In this document: positions 1-9,912 of the stretch, in pieces | Layout: the number at the start of each line of letters is the position of its first letter | How positions within the stretch are numbered: the first letter of the stretch is position 1 | NCBI GenBank assembly: GCA_002378195.1 | Contig: DFRJ01000003.1 | Span: 32,879 to 96,878, forward strand | Length of the DNA stretch: 64,000 nucleotides | Direction of reading: 5' to 3' | DNA from: Patescibacteria group bacterium UBA3466 | GTDB taxonomy: Bacteria; Patescibacteriota; Minisyncoccia; Phycocordibacterales; UBA918 | Position numbers and translations under genes: made by a program | The notes under the pieces: model-generated | Seen by the model: only the letters and a program-made list of their open reading frames with translations | The model's database searches: none | What the model was told of the DNA's origin: nothing

Positions 1-1
1 G

Positions 2-412
2 TATGAAGCGTCAGAAATTCCCCGAGAGGAATTGCTCCGTGAACGTTTAACGGCAAGTGCAAAAACAGCAAAAGAGACTTTTTTGCTCGCAGTTTCTGAC
101 CACGGTGATCTTTACGGCTATGTCTTGGTATTCAGTGGTCATTTGTCTCGGAATAGTGGTGTCGGGACCCTCGCACTTGGTGTCACTGAAATCGCTCAAG
201 GGTGTGGTGTTGGATCTGAGCTAATGGCAGAAGCTATCGCTTGGTCTAAGTACCATAACCTCTATAGGTTGCAGCTGCAGGTACAAACCAACAACACAAA
301 AGCTCTTCGTCTGTATCAGAAGTGTGGCTTTCAGATTGAAGGCATATTACGTCGTTGCGCACTGGTAAACGATGAGTATGTCGATAAGTACCAGATGGCA
401 CTTCTGTTGTAA
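2..412 (+). CDS. GNAT family N-acetyltransferase (5' truncated by window edge)
   Basis: QGCGVGSELM acetyl-CoA motif A, NxxAxxLYxKxGF motif; frame is open back to the window start. Confidence 0.85.
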   Translation, partial: YEASEIPREELLRERLTASAKTAKETFLLAVSDHGDLYGYVLVFSGHLSRNSGVGTLALGVTEIAQGCGVGSELMAEAIAWSKYHNLYRLQLQVQTNNTKALRLYQKCGFQIEGILRRCALVNDEYVDKYQMALLL

Positions 413-484
413 CTGAAACCCTGTTTACGAATGTATTTCAGGGTTTCCTTTTTTATAAGCTTCTATACAATAATCTTTACTACT

Positions 485-1081
485 ATGAATGAACAACAAA
501 CAAAATGGGACGAGGGTTTTAAAGCCGGTCGGGACTATAATCCAATTAACGAAATTTTACTGGACAGTGTTCTAGCGTACGTCGATAATGAGAAAAAGGC
601 TGCAGTTGACTTAGGTTGTGGTACTGGCGATGCGGTCATAAAACTAGCTAAGAGAGGGCTGACTGTAACGGGTACAGACTGGTCACCAGAGGCACTACGC
701 AAGGCACAGATTCGAGCCGAAGAAGAAGGTGTTGCAGACAAAGTGAACTTTCAAGAAGTCGATCTTGATAAGTTGGCTGAAGCTAATTTAAAGGCAGGAG
801 AAGCAAATATTATTTTATGCAAGCTGGTTATTGCTTTTGTGTCTGACCGGAAAGCGTTCTGTGAAGTAGTTAAGGGACTACTTAGCGAGAACGGCGTATT
901 TGTGATTCAAACACCAGTATTACATGACGGGGTTGAGTATGTCCCCGAAGATAAGCCTAGAATTGCTGTTTCATATAAAGAGTTTAAAGCAACGCTAGAG
1001 GAGGTGTTTACAGAAGTAATTGAATTCGATCATTCTTACTACAGTGATCGCGGAGATTTGGTAACGTTTATTGTGAAGTAG
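485..1081 (+). CDS. Class I SAM-dependent methyltransferase
   Basis: VDLGCGTG motif I, GTDWS motif II; ATG at 485 preferred. Confidence 0.85.
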   Translation: MNEQQTKWDEGFKAGRDYNPINEILLDSVLAYVDNEKKAAVDLGCGTGDAVIKLAKRGLTVTGTDWSPEALRKAQIRAEEEGVADKVNFQEVDLDKLAEANLKAGEANIILCKLVIAFVSDRKAFCEVVKGLLSENGVFVIQTPVLHDGVEYVPEDKPRIAVSYKEFKATLEEVFTEVIEFDHSYYSDRGDLVTFIVK

Positions 1082-1206
1082 AATCAGTAGACAAATCTAA
1101 GGCGAAGACAATTTTCAGTGTTTGGGACAATAGGGTCTCGTGCGTAGGAACATTTTAGCTATTTTTTGGTTTGTTTTCCTTGAAATACAACACATTTTCA
1201 TTACTC

Positions 1207-1230
1207 GGTTCGAATCCCATACTCTCCGCC
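1207..1230 (+). repeat. Isolated tRNA 3'-end fragment (T-loop plus acceptor strand, Ser-like); possible att scar
   Basis: GGTTCGAATCCCATACTCTCCGCC with no upstream D or anticodon arm. Confidence 0.5.
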
Positions 1231-1285
1231 GCCCCGAGCTAGCACGAGACATTACGCTTCGTGCTGGTTTTGTTATATTAAACTC

Positions 1286-2251
1286 ATGAAGTCAGAAAAG
1301 GAATTAATAAAGCTTGCAAGAAGATCTTCGTTTATTAAAAACCCCAAAGTATCTTTTTTGGCAGAAGGGTTCGGTAACGAAAACTACCTACTCGAAGAGA
1401 GTGGAGAGAGATATGTACTACGGCTAAAGAAATCGACCGAATCTCAGTTTTTTGATTCTTTAGAAAAAGAGAATTCATTTCTAAAGTACTTCGAACATCA
1501 AGGTGTAGACTTTTGTCCAAAAGCTCTCTATTTTGATCGTGACGAAAATTTTCTTATTGAAAACTATATCGAGGGTGATCTGGTGCCTCAAAGAGACTTT
1601 TCTGATGATCAAATTGATGTGTTTGCTCAACAGCTACATCAGTTATTTACGCTTAGTGTTCCTGGCTTCGCTATTTTCTGTGAAGAGAATAGTTTGAAGT
1701 GTTTTGATTACGTTGATCAGATTGAAGGCTTGAGGATATATGGATTTAATCGTTTTAATGAAGTAAAGAAAGAAAAACTACCAAAAGAAGTAGTTAATTG
1801 GATTGAGAAGACCTTAAGGGAAAATTTGAAATACCTAGAAAGTGAGAATGAAAATGAATTAGGTTTCACTTGGGGTGACATTCAGTCAAAACTAATTATA
1901 GATTCCAGTGGGAAGATGAATTTTTATGATTTTGAGCACGCTTGCATATCAAATTCGTTTGGACTTTCATATATAAAAATTCACGGAAGCTTTGCTTCAA
2001 AACAGATAGATTTTCTTATAGAAAGGTGCGCTCACTATTTTAAGCGAAGCAAAGAATCCTTAGTTGTTGACATGAATGCGAATGAAAAAATAGTCGGGAC
2101 AAATGATGCTGTGTGGGCTGCTATGAAATGGTCTGCTACTGGTAAGAGAGAATACGAAGACTTGATGTACGCACGAATAGATTTGGTAAAAAATATTAAC
2201 ACTAATAATTCGTTTGAGATACTATCGAACCCCAACCTGAAAAGTAGCTAA
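1286..2251 (+). CDS. Aminoglycoside phosphotransferase/choline kinase-like protein
   Basis: LAEGFGNENY, YVLR, ExxxLxY, WGD...DFE kinase-like motifs. Confidence 0.7.
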   Translation: MKSEKELIKLARRSSFIKNPKVSFLAEGFGNENYLLEESGERYVLRLKKSTESQFFDSLEKENSFLKYFEHQGVDFCPKALYFDRDENFLIENYIEGDLVPQRDFSDDQIDVFAQQLHQLFTLSVPGFAIFCEENSLKCFDYVDQIEGLRIYGFNRFNEVKKEKLPKEVVNWIEKTLRENLKYLESENENELGFTWGDIQSKLIIDSSGKMNFYDFEHACISNSFGLSYIKIHGSFASKQIDFLIERCAHYFKRSKESLVVDMNANEKIVGTNDAVWAAMKWSATGKREYEDLMYARIDLVKNINTNNSFEILSNPNLKSS

Positions 2252-2343
2252 TCAGCCAAGCATGGCTTGGCATTACACGGTTCTCACCACAAGGTCATTA
2301 AAAATTAGGTCAACTCGAGACCGCCCGCAGTTTAGAGAGATGT

Positions 2344-2379
2344 TGTTACGTAGCATGTTACGTAGCATGCTACGTAACA
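2344..2379. repeat. Triple tandem array of a 12-bp near-palindrome TGYTACGTARCA
   Basis: tgttacgtagca tgttacgtagca tgctacgtaaca; second array at 50341-50379. Confidence 0.9.
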
Positions 2380-2526
2380 AGGCAGGGTCGGAAAGCGAAG
2401 CTTTCCGACCCTTTGCTTTCATTTTTCCCAAATATACAGAAAGAGGATAACTATCATTGACGAAATTCAATAATGTTGCGCATAATATAAGCAGCAAACA
2501 ATGTACATTCGTAGAGGAGCATAGCC

Positions 2527-3207
2527 ATGGGCATAGTTCAACAGACTAACCCTTCACAGATGGTTAACTTGCTTGATGAAGTACAACGACTCAAGCAGGC
2601 AAATATCATCAGCGCTGCAATACTAGCGCAAAAAACAGCAGAAATGGTCAAGCTGCAGCGAGAGAACGAAGAACTTCGTAAACTCGTTCATACCGATCGG
2701 CTGACCGGCCTCAGAACTCGTGAGTTCTTTGAGCTCGAGTTTGAGCGGCACCGTCCGAAGGATCGGGTTCTGCCGTCTGAGCGAATTTCGTCTCAGAACA
2801 CCGGTCTCGGCCTCGCCTTTGTCGATGTCGATAAATTCAAATCCATCAATGACAACTACGGTCATCTGCATGGAGATAAGGTCTTGGTGGCAATTGCCAC
2901 ACTGCTTACTGAGAAGGTGCGGTCTACCGACTTGGTTGTCCGCTGGGGCGGTGACGAATTTTTGATTCTGTTTCCGCGCACCAGTATCGATGGTCTGAAT
3001 ATGGTGTCTGAGCAAATCCGGACTGCAGTGGAAGCACTGAAGTTTGGGTTTATGGATCGGTCTGTGGCGGTGAGTATCGGTCTTACCCACACACAGGTGG
3101 ATCATCCTGATTTGGCGAAAGCCATGATCAAATACGCTGATGACGCAATGTATGAGGCCAAAAGAACTGGTAGCAATCGAGTAGTCTTCGGACAAAAGAT
3201 TCCTTAA
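2527..3207 (+). CDS. Diguanylate cyclase (N-terminal coiled coil plus GGDEF)
   Basis: DRLTGL, DVDKFKSINDNYGHLHGD, RSTD I-site and intact GGDEF. Confidence 0.95.
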   Translation: MGIVQQTNPSQMVNLLDEVQRLKQANIISAAILAQKTAEMVKLQRENEELRKLVHTDRLTGLRTREFFELEFERHRPKDRVLPSERISSQNTGLGLAFVDVDKFKSINDNYGHLHGDKVLVAIATLLTEKVRSTDLVVRWGGDEFLILFPRTSIDGLNMVSEQIRTAVEALKFGFMDRSVAVSIGLTHTQVDHPDLAKAMIKYADDAMYEAKRTGSNRVVFGQKIP

Positions 3208-3249
3208 GGTTAGCGGGGCGCGCATTTATAATGCGCGCCCCTTTCGCGT

Positions 3250-3843
3250 CTAGTGAGCGATGGCTAAACAGATTAGTGTAGTGTTGGTGGGAAGATGAGG
3301 CGCGAGCGTAGCTCGCGCCTCTTTTAGGGTGGTGCCAGTAGTCGAAACATCATCCACAATCACGACGGTGTCGTATTCGTTAAGATTGACGCCTAAGTTG
3401 TTGTATGAAAAAACTCCAGTTAAATTATTTAACCTGTCACTTCTGGCTAGAGTGGTTTGTGGAACAGTGTCACGCAGCTTGGTGAGTAGTTGGTATGAAG
3501 CAAGGTTGCCGATTATTCGTTCAACTTGATTGTATCCTCGTTGTCTTTTTCTTTCTTTGCCCAGCGGGATGGGTACAAATAAAATACGTTGAGCTTGCTG
3601 ATCTGACCATTTTTTTAATAAATACTGCAAGTGCTGGCTGGCTAGAGTGTTGTTGTGGAACTTATTTTCGGTAATGAGAGCCTGCGTGGAGGGGTGAGAG
3701 TATGGCGCGAGGTGGGTGATATGGTCGCGAGTTTGAATGCAGAAAAGTTTATCTAAATCATTTACATCAATATTTTGTATCAATCGCTCGCTTGGTCGCG
3801 GTGGAAATATAATATTGAGTAGTGTTGTGAGTAACTGCTTCAT
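3250..3843 (-). CDS. comF: ComF family amidophosphoribosyltransferase-like competence protein
   Basis: VPIPL..ERKRQRGYNQ, VVIVDDVSTTGTTL PRPP motif; next to pil locus. Confidence 0.85.
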   Translation of the reverse strand: MKQLLTTLLNIIFPPRPSERLIQNIDVNDLDKLFCIQTRDHITHLAPYSHPSTQALITENKFHNNTLASQHLQYLLKKWSDQQAQRILFVPIPLGKERKRQRGYNQVERIIGNLASYQLLTKLRDTVPQTTLARSDRLNNLTGVFSYNNLGVNLNEYDTVVIVDDVSTTGTTLKEARATLAPHLPTNTTLICLAIAH

Positions 3844-3888
3844 TGCGACATATTAGCACTTTGCCACATGCTAAGATATTAGTAATAC

Positions 3889-4968
3889 ATGAGTTTTTTA
3901 GACACTATTATTTCATCTGTCAAAAATGGCGGTACACCCTCTGGTGTAGTGGGTATTGATATTGGTTCATCATCGATGAAGGTGGTGGAGCTACAGGAAA
4001 AGAAGGGGGTTATTACCATTGCTACTTATGGCGAGGTGCAGCTTGGTCCATATGCTGGTAAGGCCATTGGTGAATCAGTGTCGCTCGAAACCAAGCAAGA
4101 ACAAGAAGCTTTGGTAGATGTGATCAGGGAGTCGTCTGTGTCTGCTCGAAATGCCGTTTTTTCGATGCCGTTATCTTCTAGTTTTGTCACCAACGTTACC
4201 ATCAATGCTGACGAAGACGCCGATTTGTCATCCTTGGTCCGAGTGGAAGCCAGAAAAGTAATCCCGGCTTCTCTCAGCGAAGTTACTTTGGACTGGGCAG
4301 AAGTTGAGTCTAATACAGAAGAAGAGGTAAGTGATAAAAGAAATATATTAATTGCCTCGATTCAAAACGCCGCTCTCGAGCGCTTCAATGTGTTAATGCA
4401 GTTTGCTGGCATGAATAAGCCGCCAACCGAAATAGAATGTTTCAGCACTATCCGCAGTGTGCACTCAGATGATGAGGAGAATGTGGCTATTGTCGATATC
4501 GGAGCGGTGTCTTCGAAGCTATACATCTCGCGTAAGGGATTGCTTATGCGGATGTATAGAATCCGCGCCGGGGGGATGATTGCTACTGAGAATATCGCAG
4601 AGGAATTACACCTAAGTTTTGCTGAAGCCGAAGCAATGAAATGTTCGGCAGATAAAAATGACGATCGGTTTGCGACCATGAAAAAAGCCCATGATCACAG
4701 TTACGATCGAGCCTTTAGGGAGTTTAATCAAGTACTGACCGAATATGAAAACCGAACTGGCGTGAAGGTGAGTACCGTCTATTTGGCAGGTGGAGGAGCC
4801 TTGTTCCCGGGTATCGCTGGTCATCTACGCTCGGTTCTCGATAGAGAGGTGGTGGCAGCTGATCCTTTTTCGAAGGTCGCTTACCCAGCTTTTATGGAAG
4901 ACACAATGCGTTCGATTGGGCCATCGTTCACCGTTGCGGTTGGAGCTGCTTTGCGAGCCTTTGAATAA
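3889..4968 (+). CDS. pilM: Type IV pilus assembly protein PilM
   Basis: VGIDIGSSSMKVVEL actin-like fold, VDIGA, LAGGGA, AVGAALR. Confidence 0.92.
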   Translation: MSFLDTIISSVKNGGTPSGVVGIDIGSSSMKVVELQEKKGVITIATYGEVQLGPYAGKAIGESVSLETKQEQEALVDVIRESSVSARNAVFSMPLSSSFVTNVTINADEDADLSSLVRVEARKVIPASLSEVTLDWAEVESNTEEEVSDKRNILIASIQNAALERFNVLMQFAGMNKPPTEIECFSTIRSVHSDDEENVAIVDIGAVSSKLYISRKGLLMRMYRIRAGGMIATENIAEELHLSFAEAEAMKCSADKNDDRFATMKKAHDHSYDRAFREFNQVLTEYENRTGVKVSTVYLAGGGALFPGIAGHLRSVLDREVVAADPFSKVAYPAFMEDTMRSIGPSFTVAVGAALRAFE

Positions 4969-5019
4969 GTGTCCACAGCTATACATATAATTGAACATAC
5001 TGACCGGTATAATTAAGCC

Positions 5020-5760
5020 ATGGCTGATCTTTCGAACTCAAACAGTTCATTTATTCCTAAAAAAGGTCCGAGGAAGCGTAGACCAGGTGCTGGTACACGT
5101 CGGATTTACGTTTTTACGCTATTTGCTTACATTCTTTTGTTTGCAACGCTGCTCGCGACGGGCGCGCTATATTTTTACAATGACTACAATGTTTCGCTAC
5201 TAAATAATGAAGTGAAATTACTGCGCGATGAAGTAGCTGGTTTTACCGACTTTGATACTGACATAGTGGAAGTGGAAGTGTTTGATACTCGTTTGCAAAT
5301 GGTGTCCGATCGCCTAAATAACGCTGCCTCAATGGTTTCTGTTCTGAATCTATTCGAAGAGCAGACTGTACGAACGGTGAAAGTGGTTAGCTTAGATCTG
5401 GCTCGAGAAGGAGACGACCGGTTTACTATTGAAGCAAATGTGGAGACCGACTCATATGATTCAACTATCTTCCAGCGTGATGAGATTGTGGAACTGGTAG
5501 AAATGCAGAAAATTGACGGGGTAGAGATTGAAGATCTGCAGGCTAATAACGTTAACGGTCCTTCAGTGGTTAGTACTTTTGCACCCGCTGAAGATCAGGC
5601 GTCGGTTCGATTTAAGACTGTGTTAAGCGTGCCTTTGAGTGAGATGCGACCAATTATTACAGACGTGTTAGCAGAAGTCGAGGATACAGCGACCACTACT
5701 GAAGTGGAAGTTGAGAGTGATGCAGAGTCAGAATTAGAAGCTAACGAAAACAGCGTATGA
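5020..5760 (+). CDS. PilN-like alignment protein
   Basis: SFIPK N-terminal motif, single TM plus coiled coil; position after pilM. Confidence 0.65.
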   Translation: MADLSNSNSSFIPKKGPRKRRPGAGTRRIYVFTLFAYILLFATLLATGALYFYNDYNVSLLNNEVKLLRDEVAGFTDFDTDIVEVEVFDTRLQMVSDRLNNAASMVSVLNLFEEQTVRTVKVVSLDLAREGDDRFTIEANVETDSYDSTIFQRDEIVELVEMQKIDGVEIEDLQANNVNGPSVVSTFAPAEDQASVRFKTVLSVPLSEMRPIITDVLAEVEDTATTTEVEVESDAESELEANENSV

Positions 5761-6326
5761 TTCCAAATGGTTTATTTACACAAATCGCCATGGTCATACT
5801 GGCCTTTGCCATCATAGCAACCTATATCCAGCCAACCTTTCAAAATATTGGTGAAACTCAGGACGACATTGCTGTTTACAAAGAGCAAAGAGAAAAAGTC
5901 TCAGAGGTGACAGCCCAGTTGGGCCGATTGCAGGATCAGATTGGTACGGTTTCGCTAGCAGATCAGGCAAAGCTGCTAAAATATATGCCTGAAGAAATCG
6001 ACACTATTTCAGTCATCAGAGACATGCTACTAATCTCTAATGAGGCGGGGGTAGTGTTCTTAGATGCTACATCTAATCCTGACAGTGGCCAGGACAGGTC
6101 TACGAACAATGGACAAACGGATGATCAGCTTACCTCTCAAAAATTTGAGTTGAGGGTCGAAGGGACTTATTCCCAAATTAAAAACCTTTTTGCTTTAATG
6201 GACGCCAATGATTATCCGCTTGAGGTGCATGGCTTAAGTATGACCGAATTAGAAGGCGGCTTCTTGGCGGCAAATGTGACGGTTGTAACTTACGCATTTG
6301 GCGGAGCAGATAAAAACAGTAATTAA
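5757..6326 (+). CDS. pilO: PilO-like protein
   Basis: TM, coiled coil, MPEEID, VEGTYSQIKNLF; position in pilMNO. Confidence 0.7.
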   Translation: MIPNGLFTQIAMVILAFAIIATYIQPTFQNIGETQDDIAVYKEQREKVSEVTAQLGRLQDQIGTVSLADQAKLLKYMPEEIDTISVIRDMLLISNEAGVVFLDATSNPDSGQDRSTNNGQTDDQLTSQKFELRVEGTYSQIKNLFALMDANDYPLEVHGLSMTELEGGFLAANVTVVTYAFGGADKNSN

Positions 6327-6332
6327 AATAGT

Positions 6333-6641
6333 ATGGGTGAAACAGCAAAAAACTTAATAACTGTCCTTGGTCTAATAACCATAGTTATTGGTGCTTACTA
6401 TTTATTTGTGCAGTACCAATCTGCCCAGTCTAATTCGATGAATAACGAGGTGCAAATTCAGGATGATCTTAATAAAGCCAACGCGTTTATTCAAAAACGA
6501 CAGGCGCTTGATGGAATAGAATTAGATTTTGCGGTCTTAAGTAATGATAATTTCAACAACCTAAGAAGTTTCACTACTCCAATTGAAGAGGTGGAAAAGG
6601 GGCGTGATAATCCTTTTTCAGACGTTGGTAATAATTTTTAA
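6333..6641 (+). CDS. Small membrane protein of the pil operon (PilP-like position)
   Basis: N-terminal TM, C-terminal GRDNPF motif. Confidence 0.55.
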   Translation: MGETAKNLITVLGLITIVIGAYYLFVQYQSAQSNSMNNEVQIQDDLNKANAFIQKRQALDGIELDFAVLSNDNFNNLRSFTTPIEEVEKGRDNPFSDVGNNF

Positions 6642-6646
6642 GGATT

Positions 6647-8485
6647 ATGGATCCACTGCAAGCATTAAAAGAGAGCGGTAAGGTCGACGATTCTTTGTTG
6701 GCTAAAGTCGAACAACAAATGGCGCATGAAGGCGTCTCGCTTGAAGTGGCTTTGCTTGATGCTGGTTTCCCGGCCGATGATTTGCGGAGTTTCATGGCCG
6801 AGTTTTATCAAGTTCCTGCTTTCGAAATTCCGGCTGGCTTTAGTGTCTCGCAAGAACTGCTCGATTACATCTCTGAAGATTCCGCAACTCACTACCGCAT
6901 GATGCCGCTTAAGGTAGACGACGAAGTGTTGATCATTGGAGTTAACAATCCAGACAATCTGCAAATGCGGGAAGCGCTAAACTTCATCAGCACTAAGCAC
7001 AATTTGCCGTACAAGTTGGTGTACATGCTGGATCGAGATATTGAGAAGGTGCAGGAGTTTTATTCCAACCTTGAAGGTGATGTTGGTCAGGCGCTCGAAA
7101 CATTAGAAACAGAACTAGACGCAGAAATTGCTGCCAGTCTCGAAGAGTCATCAGAAAACTCCAAAGAAGCCCTGGATCACATTGAGGAAGATGCGCCAGT
7201 AACAAAAATCGTAGCCACTATTTTGCGTTACGCAGTAGATGGTAAGGCATCAGATATTCATATTGAACCTAATCCAAAGATAGTAAATGTGCGCTTTCGA
7301 GTCGACGGCTCTTTGGCCAAGAGTCTTGAATTGCCCAAGAATGTCCATATGGCAGTGGTGGCGCGAGTAAAGATTCTGTCGTCAATGCGACTAGATGAAA
7401 GAAGAAAGCCGCAGGATGGTCGTTTTTCAGCTTCGTTTGACAATCATAAGATTGATTTTCGTGTCTCAGTTTTGCCGACCAATCACGGCGAGAAGGTGGT
7501 GATGCGTATTTTGGATACTAGTAAAGGGGTGTTGACGTTGGAGCAGAGTGGAATTTCCAGTGCTAATATGGACGTCATTAAACGGATCGTGCAAGAACCT
7601 TACGGTATTATCTTAATTTCTGGTCCTACCGGATCAGGTAAGTCGACAACTTTACGTGGGATGATTCAAGAAGTGGACACCCTGACAAAAAACGTGATGT
7701 CTCTAGAAGATCCGGTCGAATACAACATGACTGGCGTCAGTCAGTCGCAGGTACGGCCAGAGATTGGTTATACTTTCTCGAAGGGCTTGCGGGCGGCTCT
7801 CCGGCAAGACCCCGACATCATAATGGTGGGTGAGATCAGAGACAAAGAAACTGCCCAGTTGGCAATCCAAGCGGCGCTTACTGGTCACCTGGTACTGTCT
7901 ACCATCCACACCAATAACGCTATTGGAGTGATTCCGCGTTTGGTTGATATGGGAGTTGATCCATACCTAATTGCACCGACTCTAAAAATGGCGATTGCGC
8001 AAAGGTTGGCCAAGACTTTATGTGATGGTACCGGAAAAGAAGAGGATGTTGATGGGGCAACTCAAGCGCGGATTGATGCTGCATTTAAGACCTTGCCACA
8101 AAAGTTTCATGACCGCATTCCTGAGAGCCGAACCATCTTGCGTCCTGAAGTAACAGCCACCTGTCCGACTGGGTATAGTGGACGAACGGCTGTGACTGAG
8201 GTGTTGGAGGTTAACGAAGAGATGCAAGAGCTAATCTTGAAGGGAGCTTCCGAAGAAGAATTCTTTCAGTCAGCTCGTAAGAATGGTTTTGTGACCATGC
8301 AAGAAGATGCCATGATTAAAGCTTTACAGCACGAGATTCCGTATGAAGAAATGAATGTCTTTAGTACCAAGATCGGCTTAGATTCAATTGATGAAGCAGA
8401 GTATGAATCAGTCGATGTCGATAACCTCCAAGAGATAGAAATATCAGAGGCTATAATGGAAAGTGATGAAAGTACTACTAGTTGA
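6647..8485 (+). CDS. pilB: Type IV pilus extension ATPase PilB (GspE/PulE family)
   Basis: ASDIHIEP, PQDGRF, Walker A GPTGSGKST, LRQDPDIIMVGEIRD, His box TGHLVLSTIHTN. Confidence 0.95.
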   Translation: MDPLQALKESGKVDDSLLAKVEQQMAHEGVSLEVALLDAGFPADDLRSFMAEFYQVPAFEIPAGFSVSQELLDYISEDSATHYRMMPLKVDDEVLIIGVNNPDNLQMREALNFISTKHNLPYKLVYMLDRDIEKVQEFYSNLEGDVGQALETLETELDAEIAASLEESSENSKEALDHIEEDAPVTKIVATILRYAVDGKASDIHIEPNPKIVNVRFRVDGSLAKSLELPKNVHMAVVARVKILSSMRLDERRKPQDGRFSASFDNHKIDFRVSVLPTNHGEKVVMRILDTSKGVLTLEQSGISSANMDVIKRIVQEPYGIILISGPTGSGKSTTLRGMIQEVDTLTKNVMSLEDPVEYNMTGVSQSQVRPEIGYTFSKGLRAALRQDPDIIMVGEIRDKETAQLAIQAALTGHLVLSTIHTNNAIGVIPRLVDMGVDPYLIAPTLKMAIAQRLAKTLCDGTGKEEDVDGATQARIDAAFKTLPQKFHDRIPESRTILRPEVTATCPTGYSGRTAVTEVLEVNEEMQELILKGASEEEFFQSARKNGFVTMQEDAMIKALQHEIPYEEMNVFSTKIGLDSIDEAEYESVDVDNLQEIEISEAIMESDESTTS

Positions 8486-8831
8486 CGATGATGCGTTTTT
8501 GCGTGATATGTATGCCTTAAAGTTTAAGGGTAGCGGTCACGAAGTGGAGACGGCCGAAAGCGCCGCTTCGGCTTTTCGGTCTTTGGAAACAGAAGATGAT
8601 TTTGATGCAATAGTGCTCGATATGATCATGCCGTCAATGACTGGCGTCGAGATGATTCAGGAGATCAAGGTTAAGTTTCCGAATTCCAAAGCAAAATTTA
8701 TTGTTTTATCAAACCAAGGACAACAGGAAGACATTAATAAGGCTACCCAGGCGGGGGCGATTGGCTACATCATCAAAGCCGAATCGATCCCTAGTGATGT
8801 GGTGACAAAAGTAGAAGATCTTTGTAAATAA
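8466..8831 (+). CDS. Single-domain response regulator (CheY/PilH-like)
   Basis: LLVDDD, LDMIMP phospho-Asp, LSN, YIIK. Confidence 0.92.
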   Translation: MKVLLVDDDAFLRDMYALKFKGSGHEVETAESAASAFRSLETEDDFDAIVLDMIMPSMTGVEMIQEIKVKFPNSKAKFIVLSNQGQQEDINKATQAGAIGYIIKAESIPSDVVTKVEDLCK

Positions 8832-8835
8832 TATT

Positions 8836-9903
8836 ATGGCAGTTGACTACAAAAAAGAACTAGGATCATTGATCGACATGATCATCAAGGAAAAGGCTTC
8901 AGACTTGCATCTCTCAGTAGGTGCACATCCGCTGATTCGCGTGTCGGGTACGCTGATTCCGCTGATCAAAAAACCGATCCTGACTGACAATGATGTCAAT
9001 TCTTTTGCAAAAGTGTTGATGCGGGAAGATCAGATGAAACGATTCGGTGATTATACCGAAGTAGATTTCTCATACGAAAATGCCGAAGGAGTGCGCTTTC
9101 GAGGTAACGCCTTTCACCAAAGAGGGAAGATGGGTATTGCACTCCGCCTCATCCCAAACGTTATCAGGACTTACGATGACCTAAATCTGCCGCCTATCTT
9201 GGAAAGTTTTACCAAGCGCACTCAAGGTTTCTTCCTGTGTGTAGGTCCAGTCGGACAAGGAAAGTCGACGACCCTAGCGGCTATGATCAATACGATCAAT
9301 AAGACTCGAGCCGAACATATTGTGACTATAGAAGACCCGATTGAGTACGTGTACGAGGAAGAAAAATCACTGATCGATCAACGAGAGGTGGGAATTGACA
9401 CTAAAGATTTTGAAACAGCCCTGACTGCTGCCCTTCGTCAGGACGTTGATGTGATATTGGTAGGAGAGATGAGAAATACCGAAACTATTTCTTCGGCCGT
9501 GACTGCGGCTGAGACGGGGCACTTAGTATATTCGACACTGCATACCAACGACGCTGCTCAAACCATCAACCGTATCGTAGACTCATTCCCAGGTGATCAA
9601 CAAGACCAGGTGCGGGTACAGTTGGCCGGCTCTCTGATTGCCATTTTCTCTCAGCGTTTGATCCCGCACATTGCCGGAGGTCTCGTGCCAGCGTACGAGC
9701 TGTTAATTAACAACAGTGCGGTTTCAAATCTAATTAGAGACAATCGTATTCATGAGATCCCGTCCGTGATCGAGACTGGTCTGGAGCAGGGTATGATCGA
9801 CATGAACCGCTCGCTTGCACGACTGGTACAAAATGGTGACATTACGGTAGAGAATGCTTTTACTTATTCAGTAAATCCAAAAGGACTGGAAAGAATTATT
9901 TAA
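8836..9903 (+). CDS. pilT: Type IV pilus retraction ATPase PilT
   Basis: ASDLHL, GPVGQGKSTT, TIEDPIE, LRQDVDVILVGEMR, AAETGHLV, NLIRD. Confidence 0.95.
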   Translation: MAVDYKKELGSLIDMIIKEKASDLHLSVGAHPLIRVSGTLIPLIKKPILTDNDVNSFAKVLMREDQMKRFGDYTEVDFSYENAEGVRFRGNAFHQRGKMGIALRLIPNVIRTYDDLNLPPILESFTKRTQGFFLCVGPVGQGKSTTLAAMINTINKTRAEHIVTIEDPIEYVYEEEKSLIDQREVGIDTKDFETALTAALRQDVDVILVGEMRNTETISSAVTAAETGHLVYSTLHTNDAAQTINRIVDSFPGDQQDQVRVQLAGSLIAIFSQRLIPHIAGGLVPAYELLINNSAVSNLIRDNRIHEIPSVIETGLEQGMIDMNRSLARLVQNGDITVENAFTYSVNPKGLERII

Positions 9904-9912
9904 AATTAAACT

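Noticed and set aside
2344-2379. 12-bp arrays as a CRISPR array
   Set aside because: Units are contiguous with no spacers and are too short; no cas1 or effector genes in the window.
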